Position numbers and translations under genes: made by a program. The notes under the pieces are model-generated. The model saw only the letters and a program-made list of their open reading frames with translations, did no database searches and was not told the origin of the DNA. 64,000 nucleotides of DNA from Octopus vulgaris (Eukaryota). The DNA lies in the NCBI GenBank assembly GCA_951406725.2, contig OX597818.1:121644001-121708000 (forward strand), given 5' to 3'. Shown here piece by piece: positions 51,817 through 64,000 of this stretch. Each line of letters opens with the position of its first letter. Positions within the stretch are counted from its first letter, which is position 1.

Positions 51817-52610
51817 GTTAAGTTAAGTTAAGTTAATTTTTTGGCTCAAAAAGCAAAAAGCAAGGCCATGTAGGGTGACATGGAGTTATGTACAGGGAGG
51901 GTGTTTATGCAAAGAGTTCAGGCCATTTGTGGTCAAGAGAGACTTTGAACCGAGCGGTCATCGGCATCTTCACTATCTCGTCTGGCAGCTTATTCCACGG
52001 ATACGCAACGCGGACGAAGAAAGCCCTTCTCCTTCGATTGAGATAAAATCGTCGCAGCTTTTCGGAGTGACCCCGCAGCCGACACCCTGGAGCAGGAGTG
52101 AAGAACAGCTCTTTCGAGAGGTTACACTTTCCGCTTATGATGTTGTGAGCAATAATGATATCACCACGGCGTCGTCATTTTTCTAGAGAATAAAGGTCGA
52201 GCGTCTTCAGCCTTTCTTCTTAAGACAAATGCTTGAGACCAAGAACCATGCGGGTAGCCAGCTTCTGGACTCTTTCGAGATGATGTATGTCTTGGAGGAG
52301 ATAAGGAGAAGAGGCTTGAATCCCGTACTCCAATATGGGTCTCACCAGCGTGACATAGAGCGGTAGGAATATGGCTGCTGTGAGCATTCCGAATGGCCAT
52401 CGAATCAAAAACAGAACTCCGCGTGCTTTGTTGGCAGCATGGACGCACTGGGCCGAAGGCGGAAAGGAAGAATCCACCAAGATACCCAGGTCCTTTACCT
52501 GGTGGGTCCTCTCCAGCAGCAGACGACCCGGCTCGAAATCAAGTTGAGTTGGAGGGGAAATGTCCGGCGAATATGATCGGTGGGAATCTTGGTAATAATG
52601 GTCCTGTCAA
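51817..52610 (-). mobile_element. CR1-clade LINE 3' fragment with (TTAAC)n tail
   Basis: CVHAANKARGVL...LYVTLVRPILEYG...IHHLERVQKLATRMVLGLKHLS; tail agttaagttaagttaa on + strand. Confidence 0.85.
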
Positions 52611-52631
52611 TACTGGTTGACACACACCCAG

Positions 52632-52716
52632 CTTCTTCTTCTTCTTCTTCTTCTTCTTCTTCTTCTTCTTCTTCTTCTTCTTCTTCTTCTTCTTCTTCTT
52701 CTTCTTCTTCTTCTTC
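52632..52716. repeat. (CTT)n microsatellite
   Basis: Direct reading. Confidence 0.95.
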
Positions 52717-53102
52717 TATCTGTTTCCCCTCCTCCTTCCCTTTCACCCTTCTATTATTATACGTATCTACCCTCTTGATTCCCCCTATTTCCACGTAATT
52801 TCTTCCCCATGCGCACTTTTAATTTCTTCCTTTTTATTTCCTCCCGATACTTTCATAAAAGCAAAGTCTGATAGACGCATAATGTAATAGCATGTCTTTG
52901 GTGCAAGTATGAGGAAGTGCCTCTCCAATGCCTAAAACCGTATGTATTACGCAATTTTTCTTTTAGATCTTTCGCATAAACTGGCGTTGCAAATGGAGAT
53001 GATAAGGCAACAGAATTTTCTTTGTCTTCTTTTTATTGCTACACACACACATACACTTTTACATATTCCGTCTTCCCTTCTCTGGATCTTTCCTTTTCCT
53101 AT

Positions 53103-53137
53103 GTTTCTGACGAAGAGCTCCGCTCGAAACGTTGAAC
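53103..53137 (+). ncRNA. Minimal type-I hammerhead ribozyme with intact canonical core (in element 53066-53238)
   Basis: GTTT CTGACGA A GAGC tcc GCTC GAAA CG T T GAAC; palindromic stem III ACGT. Confidence 0.75.
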
Positions 53138-53303
53138 CCTCCTTCTTCCCTTCCTTCCTGAGCGTCCAATAATACTATATTTGTTCCACGTCCTCGCGTT
53201 GTTGTGTTTTCTCTTTGTGTTTTCATGGTTGGATTAACTATATATATATATATAGTAGAAATATGTTACGGAAAGAAATTCGTTGATTTTTCATATTTTA
53301 CCC

Positions 53304-53381
<78 letters not shown>

Positions 53382-53801
53382 GGAAACTGAAAGAAGCCTG
53401 TCGTATATATGTATATATATATATATATGTATGTGTGTGTATGTGTTTGTGTGTCTGTGTTTGTCCCCCTAACATTGCTTGACAACCGATGCTGGCTGGT
53501 ATATTTACGTCCCCGTCACTTAGCGGTTCGGCAAAAGAGACCGATAGAATAAGTACTGGGCTTACAAAGAATAAGTCCCGGGGTCGATTTGATCGACTAA
53601 AGGCGGTGCTCCAGCATGGCCGCAGTCAAATGACTGAAACAAGTAAAAGAGAAAAAAGAGAAAAAAAAGAGATATATATGTATATATATTTATTGTATAT
53701 ATGTATATTTACACGTATACATATGTGTATATATATATATACAAACATTTATAAACATATACAGACACACATATATTTACATATAAAAACGCGTATTTAT
53801 A

Positions 53802-54007
53802 TGAGGTGGTTGCTGAAAAAGTTCCTGCCTTTAAGGGCCTCGCAAAAGGCCTGGTTCACGGCCCAACCTTCCGAGTTCTTTTACAGGGCTTAGAAAGACC
53901 GAAAGACTGCTGCGATAAGTATGGCTATATATTGAATAAAATCATAATTAACTGATCCTCTTGCATTTTCTTTTACCCAAATCCAGGAACGTTTCAGCAT
54001 CCCCTCG
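53802..54007. mobile_element. Mariner-type MITE
   Basis: TA|TGAGGTGGTTGCTGAAAAAGTTCC...GGAACGTTTCAGCATCCCCTCG|TA. Confidence 0.65.
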
Positions 54008-54026
54008 TATATGCATTTGTGTGTAT

Positions 54027-54071
<45 letters not shown>

Positions 54072-54276
54072 TGTGTATGTGTGTAAACGTATATATACGC
54101 ATGCATATACAAATAAGCTCACACATTTATGTACATTCACTCTCACTCTCTCATTTATAAGAAAACTTCTAAATCTGCTTTATATTCGAAAAACATCCGT
54201 CACGTATGAGGCACTTGATATACACGCACGGACATAGAAGCATACACATTCGTTCATGCAAATATATATATATATA

Positions 54277-54665
54277 CTAGTGGGACCCGTGAATATTTCA
54301 CGGAATTAATGGTAAACCTATTAAACCTATTGGGTTATAACTGAAAACTTTATTCAAAAAAATCCGAAATGTAGCCTGTGTTGTGTCTGTATGGAAAAAT
54401 AGTTGCTCATCTGCTATTCATTGAAAAGTAAAAGAAATTGGAAACTAATGATTACTTAATGCAATTTATATGTACACTTTATATATTTTATGTACAATTT
54501 TACAGAGTTAATATACAGCACTCATAAAATAAATATTCACACTTATTTTTACATTTTCCCCCAAAACAAAGCAAAATGAAAATATCGCCGTACATATGAT
54601 ACAACCTTTAGTTAAATTTCCTATATCTGCCACGTAAATAAGCGTGAATATTTCACGGAATTGCA
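54277..54665 (-). mobile_element. Helitron-like 3' end
   Basis: ACTAG followed by hairpin CCGTGAA TAT TTCACGG; hairpin motif repeated at about 54643-54660; 5' end not located. Confidence 0.5.
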
Positions 54666-55493
54666 CTTATGCGCATGCGTTAAGTGATCGGTGATATAAA
54701 AAACTTAGTTCAATAAAAAAAACCACTTTTCATTATCCAATCACCACCGCTACCATTTCCACCACCACCACAACCACCAAAAGTAATATTTATTGAAAAC
54801 TATTTGTGGTTAAACGTATTAGAAAAATCCTGGAAACTCATCGTAACAATATGGAATATTTTTTTAAACGAATCATTGTAATTTATAAATGGTTACTATA
54901 CATTGTTTTAGATGAAATAGGTTCTTGTGTGTATGCGCGTGCGTGTGTGTGTGAGTGTATGTGTATTGTGCTTGCACGCGCATGATGCGAGCGTTTTTTC
55001 AATCGTAGGCCGTCCAGCACAGAACAAACATTTTAGTCATTCAATGACCGCTGTTCATTTTGTTGATCTACAAAGTATGACAAGGAAAGTTGACCATTGT
55101 AGGATTTGATCATAGTATCTAAAGAAATGTAGTCCAGTTCCGAAAACTATTCTGTTTCATGCTCCACGAGTATATATCGCCTACGAGTTTATCGCCCACA
55201 CATTCCAATACCTTTAGAATAAGTGATTTCTGACTTAGGAACAAGACCAGAACAATTCAACGGCTACCTGATTAATATTTACGCAGTCAACGTCAATGAA
55301 TAATTGTGTGACTTTTATATATTTCCGAAAGACATAAATGATTTTGTGAAGTGAAAGTTTATGGTGTCGCAAATAACTGCTTAACCTGACGTGAAATTGT
55401 GTAAATTAATATATAATGGTTTCAAATTTTGGTTCAAGATGCAGGCGTGGCTGTGTGGTAAGAAGCTTGCTTCTTACCGCTTCTTACCGCACA

Positions 55494-55719
55494 GGCAAGC
55501 TGGCAGAAACGTTAGCACGCCGGGCGAAATGCTTAGCGGTATTTCGTCTGTCGCTACGTTCTGAGTTCAAATTCCGCCGAGGTCGACTTTGCCCTTCATC
55601 CTTTCGGGGTCGATTAAATAAGTACCAGTTACGCACTGGGGTCGATATGATCGACTTAATCCCTTTGTCTGTCCTTGTTTGTTCCCTCTGTGTGTAGCCA
55701 CTTGTAGGCAGTAAATAAA
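55494..55719 (+). mobile_element. Young family-B SINE inserted in a family-A SINE head, 15-bp TSD
   Basis: TAAGAAGCTTGCTTC at 55459-55473 and 55720-55734. Confidence 0.85.
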
Positions 55720-55970
55720 TAAGAAGCTTGCTTCCAGACCCCATGGTTCTGGGTTCAGTCTCACTGCGTGGAACCATGGAGAAGAGTCATCGGGACAACC
55801 AAAGTCTTGTGAGTGGATGTGGTCGACGGAAATTGAAAGAAGCCCATCGTATATGTATATATATATACACAGGGAGAATTCACAAAAAAAAAAAACAAAG
55901 CAAAAGACGAAGACAAGTGGTGTAGACAACAAACAGATGTATTAGTTTAACGCTCGGTAAGTGAAAAAGT

Positions 55971-56006
55971 CTTTAACGTTTCGAGCCTACGCTCTTCAAC
56001 AGAAAG
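55971..56006 (-). ncRNA. Minimal type-I hammerhead, A6U core variant (in element about 55866-56058)
   Basis: Minus strand CTTT CTGTTGA A GAGC gtag GCTC GAAA CG T T AAAG; element flanked by (TA)n and (TCTA)n. Confidence 0.65.
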
Positions 56007-56057
56007 GAACACGGAAAGAAACAAGGAGAGAAAATCAAAAATGTGTAGTAGCTAGCG

Positions 56058-57632
<1,575 letters not shown>

Positions 57633-58797
57633 ATGTAAAGTATTATTACTGCTAAAAACATTAATAATGAGGTGGCTAGCGCGACTTCTACCTAAACAGG
57701 TATAATATGAAATTTTAGAAATAGACGTTAAATACTGTCTCCAAGTCAGGATTGCAAAGCATGTTTTCTCATACACAGCATGAAATCAATTGATATTGGG
57801 GTATGTAGTAAACTACCTTCAAATTCCATCCTGAAGGTAGGTCTATTTTTAAGATATTCATTATATTGCTCGTGTGTGTATTTATCGTAGAACTGGTGGT
57901 TTTTTGAAGCTTTCGCTTTCCTTTTTAGCAAGCGGTATCTTTACCCTTCTTTTCTTCAAATATTTCATATTATATGTATATGTGTATATTTATGTGTGTG
58001 TGTCTTTGTGTCTGTGTTTGTCCCTCAACCATCGCTTGACAACCGATGTTAGTGTGTTTACGTACCCGTAACTTAGTAGTTCGGCAAAAGAGGCCGATAA
58101 AATAGGTACAAAGCTTACAAAGAATTAGTCCCGAGGTCGATTTCTTCGACTAAAAAACCCTTTAAGGCGGTGCTCCAGAATGGCCGCAGTCAAATGACTG
58201 AAACAAGTAAAAGAAAAGACCAACAATTTTATGGAGAGTAAGTTGATAACAACTGGTATTCATTTTATTTACCCCAAAAAGGTGAAAGGTGAAGTCGATC
58301 TCGGTTATATTTGAATCCAGGACGTAAAGAGCCGGAAGATATGTCGCTATGCATTTTGTCGGATTCGATAACGTGTCTCTCATCTCACCTCCTACCAGCT
58401 CGCCTATATATATAACCTTTTCATTTTGATTTATATATTAACAATCCTAATGTTTAAAACATTAAAGTATTATGACCTTTTATTCAAATATCAGTAAATC
58501 ATTGCATTACTTTTTGTATATTTTAAACTATGGCTTTTCAAAATTTTCAAAATTTCAACTAATATTCTGTCTTTTCTATAACTAATATGTTCTCAATTGT
58601 CTTTCGACAAAATTGTCTTACTGTGAATATGTCTTTCGAACACTTTGTCTTCTCGCAAAAAAGCAGTCGCTTAATGTGTCTTGATGAATGTTGTCTCACT
58701 CTTTCTCTCTCTATACACACAAACACATATATATACACACACACATATATGTATGCATTGCATTGTATTGTGTGTGTGTGTTTGCGTGTACGTGTTT

Positions 58798-58831
<34 letters not shown>

Positions 58832-59084
58832 AGAATGAGAATGTGCAAGTTCGTTGGAACAAGAACATTTACAAGCAAAATAAATTACAAAATACTTCAG
58901 GAAAGTCTACTTTTATAACACTGGTCTCAAGGCTTTTGGTGTTTAGGAAATAGACATCATTCCTAAACAAAATCGTTCTCCTGAAACCAAATATAACATT
59001 CTTTTTGACCTATCAGATCTAGTTTTTAAGTTATTGAATATCCCTATAGTCACTATGTATGTGTGTACGTCCAGTACGTAGTCA

Positions 59085-59523
59085 TCTTGATTGTTTAACT
59101 GAAAATCTGGATGTTAGCGATGAACAAGGCGAACGATTCCATCAGGACATCAAGGAGACGGAAAGTCGGTAGCAAGGATATTGGGACGCTGTGATGATGG
59201 TTGACTATTGCTGGTGTTTAAAACGAGATACTCATGTTGCTCAACAGTCACAGTGCACAAAGAAGCGCAAGTTTATTCCTTGAATTTTCAGCCAAAAATC
59301 TTAACTATTACTCTTTTACTTGTTTCAGTCAGTTGACTGCGGCCATGCTGGAGCACCACCTCTAGTCGAGCAACTCGACCCCGGGACTTATTCTTTGTAA
59401 GCCCAGTACTTATTCTATCGGTCTCTTTTGCCGAACCGCCAAGTGACGGGGACACAAACACACCAGCATCGGTTGTCAAGCAATGCTAGGGGGACAAACA
59501 CAGACACACAAACATACACGCAT

Positions 59524-59562
<39 letters not shown>

Positions 59563-59966
59563 CATATATACGACGGGCTTCTTTCAGTTTCCGTCTACCA
59601 AATCCACTCACAAGGCTTTGGTCGGCCCGAGGCTATAGTAGAAGACACTTGCCCAAGGTGCCACGCAATGGGACTGAACCCGGAACCATGTGGTTTGTAA
59701 GCAAGCTACTTACCACACAGCCACTCCTGCGCCTATTGTGCATTTTCAATTTTGCATTTTTATTTGTACTTGTGTTACGCTCTTTTTATTGATTCTTACT
59801 ATATACCTCTTGTATGAATAAAATACTAACTCTGTCAGGTTTAGTCAGAAAACTAGACCGAATAGAGAAAAACTGAAGTTATTTTTGAATTTAGTAAGCA
59901 AAATCACTTAAGGATTCATTGAAATATTCCAGGCACCAGACAGAAAATTTTTGTTGTTGCCCAGTG
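59085..59966 (+). mobile_element. Chapaev-3-like (CMC) DNA transposon 3' fragment, interrupted by a family-A SINE
   Basis: VSDEQGERFHQDIKETESR*QGYWDAVMMVDYCWCLKRD; terminus ...TTGTTGCCCAGTG; superfamily assignment from memory of the motif. Confidence 0.6.
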
Positions 59967-60429
59967 TAATCTTTCGTACACTTTCGTACATTCATAATAC
60001 TCCATGTGAGTTTCTATGGCCCTCTTGTGGTGTATGCCTGCGTCGTCTTGAGGGTTAAAGACATCGTGAAGTATTGTACTTTAAGAAGAAAGACGTGAGC
60101 AGAAAAAAAGGCCTGTTGTTTTTTGATAGGGATTTTCCCCACCACACAGATACGAGCACGCGCACGCACATACACATACGCACATATGAGCACGTGTGCG
60201 CACTCCCACACATACACACACACACACACACACACTATATAATCGACCGAGAAAAGATTTTGACTATACCAGAAATATGGATATGAATGGTCTGTCTTCA
60301 TTACATCCGTCTCCAATCACGTCTGTCTCCAGTCACGTCCGTTTCCTATCACGTCTGTCAACAATCACACCCATCTCCAGTTATGTCTGTTCCTAATAAG
60401 AAGTTCAGTACAATTGTCTCGGAATTGAT

Positions 60430-61640
60430 AAAAGAATGTTTCAAATGTTTGTAGCCATATAAGGAATACTTCGGCAAACTTCAAAATGTATGGAAATCAG
60501 AGTTGTTTACATTCAATAAGGCTCCATTCCATAAAGATTTTGCAGATACAGTGCTAGTACTAATGGTTGAAATAGTAGACACTTGAAGACATCTGCAACT
60601 TTGACATCAATACCAGAAGATATTAACCACTACCGGTAACTTCCATACCAACAGTGACACTGACAGGATCTATGTTTGGCGGAGAGATGGAGGCCGAGAT
60701 AAAGATTATTCTTAATAGCTTTAAAGTGCTATCTCATATCACCCATGCAACACCTATTGAATAAAAATGGAGAAATTAGAACGTCATATGTGAACTCAAC
60801 AGTGAAAATCCTAAGAATAAGCGATGAATTACGGAATAGGGAACTCAGGGAGAGCTGGACTTATCTACTATGAACATGGGGAAAACACTCATTATATCTA
60901 ATAAAAATTATTCGCGCGTAACTATCCTGCTATCTAGAGTATATCTACAGCATTAACAGAGAGAATAATCTCTGCTGAACCTGTGATATATTGATCACAT
61001 CTAACCAAGTATAATACGCCTTCGTTATCCAGGAACATAAGAGAATTACTGATAAATAAAAGTGATAAAGATGCCTCCAAATGTCTAAATTATATTAGAA
61101 AATGTCAGCTGCTAAAGATATTAATCACGTCATCAGCAGCTGGTTAAAATGTTCGTAACGTACTATCTTTCCATCAGTCACGACTATTTAGACTTCTATT
61201 TACAGGAAGATTGTCTTCATGGTCATATCCAAGTCATACCAATTAAAATGTACCCATTATTTTCAAAATAATGAATACTGGTAGGACATTCTAATTAAAG
61301 CTGCATTATGGTGCAAACACTGTAGATCCGGTATTGTTTTATGTTGCAGAAATCAACAGTCCGGCAGATGCAAATGTCATATTCAAAGCTATGGAAAAAG
61401 AAAATTACATGTGGCAAACTAATAAGGAACATACAGCTCTTGTATCCTGGTTATAAATTCATCTTTGTTTCTATTATTATCCATGCACTGAGTTATGTAA
61501 CAGTAGATTTGCATAAAAGCCTGGAATTATTCAGTTTTCCAAGAAAGAACAAAGAAAAGAATTGACTTGTATCCTCCAAATCCAATTGATTAGTGACACA
61601 GTGAAGATTTGTAAAACATTTCTAAGATTTTCCTTTTGAG
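60430..61640 (+). mobile_element. Decayed R4/Dong-like non-LTR retrotransposon (RT thumb, CCHC knuckle, restriction-like endonuclease)
   Basis: VWKSEL..FNK; GNFHTNSDTDRIYVWRRDGGR; DINHVISS; CKH.R..IVL; EINSPAD; RNIQLLYPGYKFIFVSIIIHALSYV; frameshifted. Confidence 0.7.
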
Positions 61641-62121
61641 TTTCCTAAGATGAACATATGCACACAAACACATATGTGTACATGGTACACATATACATAT
61701 ATGAAAAGTAATCACAGAGATTCTAATCCTAAAGAGACAGCATACCCAAACATATCCGCATACACGTATATAAGAGCAAAAATATCTACACATACATTCG
61801 CGTATATCCACAAATCACTGATTTCACCAAAATTACCCTATTAGTTTGTTAGTGACTGGCCTGGATTCTGAGAAGAACTTACGTAAATCTCAAAGAAAAA
61901 CGCACACACACACACTCATAAACACATTAACACACATATACATGCATACTTACACACACGAAAAATACATAACATATTTACGCATGTTTATAAGTAAACG
62001 TGCGCGTGTCAGTATATATTTGGCATGCATTCAAGTATCTATCTGTGCATGCGTGTGCATGTATATGTATATGTACACACACACACACACACGTATATAT
62101 ATATATGTATATATATATATG

Positions 62122-62200
<79 letters not shown>

Positions 62201-62834
62201 ATGTAGGAAGAATATGATTATACCAGGAAGAATCTCAGCTTTACTTTGTCGTACAGGCAGATCAATATTTGCTGCTTATACTTATTCGTTTTCTTGTTGC
62301 TCAGATTTATTTGTTTCTTCGATTCGCATATCTTCTGGCTTCTGTGCATGCCAGCGATTCCTAACATTTGTACATATCTATAATTTTTCTGGAAGAGATG
62401 GATTGGCGGAATCGTTAGAACATCGGAGAAAATGCTCTATGGTGTTTGTTCTTGCTCTTTACCTCCTGATTGGTAGCGATGGTGATGGTGGTGATTGGTG
62501 GTAATCTTGGTGATGGTGATGGTGTAAGAGTGGGTCGCAATATGGACGTTGTACTGCCGACGAGTTATTCTGTTGTAGCACAGTAACCTTAAAGCTAAGC
62601 TAATTCTTTCTCTGAATCACAAGAATCTGTTGCATTCGTGCTAATCAGACTTTCCATAGCATTAGACAGAACCGAGGTGAGATATATCCTGGCTATGACG
62701 CAGGCCTATCGCAATTAGCTTTTTTCTAGAGGATGAGCTGAAGAAGGCAATGAAAGTCAATGAATATCCTATAGTTTCCATTGCATCATCTCTGTTTAAA
62801 ACTGAGCCATACCACCTACAATATCTGGAGAGGA

Positions 62835-62865
<31 letters not shown>

Positions 62866-64000
62866 ATCTAAAGAAAGAGCTTCTTCATGGTCGATCGTCA
62901 TAGAAATAGCAGCCAAAGTTTTCTACACATTACTAACGTCTTAAACAAACAAGGACACATTAGATAAGGTAGTCCTACATATGAATAAACAATAGCTATA
63001 AAAACAGTGAAGTCTACTACTTGCATTATCTACTTAGAATAGATGGACTTGATCGTTGAAATATGAAACCTAAATATCCAGGCTACGTATAAACAGAACA
63101 CATCGTCAATAGCAGGAAATGAGCCAATGACTTTTCACTTGATTATCAATAAAATTGAACCCTACCCCCTTACAATTTAAAAAAATTATCTAGGAGACCG
63201 TGAAAGCAACACTGCAAGTTAACGGAACCCTTCAGTACAAATAACTTTAATTCAATACAGTTTATCAAAAAAAAAAAAAAAAATGTTTCCTTGTAGGTTT
63301 TTACGCAGCTAATAACGTCTGGAGTCTCTGTAGAGTCTCTCGCAAAACACAAGCAAGACCAAACAGATTCATTTGAACTTCTTAGCTATATTTTGTTTGA
63401 GAAGCAACTCCATGGTAATTTTTGCCAATTGACCAACAAAATGGTCCTGGGAAACTGCCTTCCGATCAACTGTTTTCCCTCATAACTACCTCATCACGAG
63501 CAATTTTCCTCCATTAAGAGAAACATTAAAAAGTGCAACAATGAGCACTCAAATAAATACAAGTTGGGGTTTTATTTTCAAGTCTGATCTGTTATCTCAT
63601 AAGAATAATTAGTAAATTATAAGATTTATTTTCTTAAATCACTATAATTATACCAGTAAAATTGTAGGTTGTGGGAAATACACAAATATTATAATTAATA
63701 ATCACAGTAATTAATTATTGTATTATTAATTATTACAATTATGATTTAATTGTTCAGGGCTAATTTTCAGGGGCCAGTTATCTGGAGAAAGTCGTTCGGA
63801 AAACAGCTGTCCTGAAATTTAACATGAAAGCATGAAGACGGCTACAGTTTTATGTGTGCTGTTTGCGTATCACATCCGAAGTTACCAGCCACCTGGGAGG
63901 ATAAGCCATGGAAATCCTTCTATAAACCATGGTTAAGACTCCCACTAATGGGAGACCGATGCCACAAATACTGATAAACGTAGGACTCTGATGATGGAAT

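Overview
This is AT-rich, repeat-dense animal genomic DNA. The SINE families and microsatellite load look like a coleoid cephalopod, most likely Octopus (inference from repeat recognition, not a search). The only host gene I can support is the 3' part of SUPV3L1/SUV3 (mitochondrial ATP-dependent RNA helicase) on the + strand. It has nine GT-AG exons with consistent phases between 1503 and 19563 and AATAAA about 40 nt after the stop; the 5' exons lie upstream of the window. The rest is transposon debris: tRNA-derived SINEs, RTE, CR1, R4-like and Penelope retroelements, a Gypsy protease fragment, Tigger/pogo, Tc1/mariner, hAT, piggyBac, Chapaev-like and Helitron elements. There are also long microsatellites and a 5.2-kb GAAAATTTT-type satellite with internal higher-order structure. 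Four signals stand out. (1) A set of short, sequence-diverse elements sits in (TA)n/(TTA)n tracts carrying minimal type-I hammerhead ribozyme folds, often in inverted or palindromic arrangement; one copy has a compensatory G3-C8 core swap. (2) A near-perfect 134-bp intronic fold-back has a single A-C mismatch, a candidate ADAR substrate. (3) A GC-rich structured ~150-nt island at 39.2 kb holds hammerhead core motifs in non-canonical order. (4) An isolated RFX X-box lies at 37.47 kb. Almost all ORFs in the supplied track are repeat artefacts.
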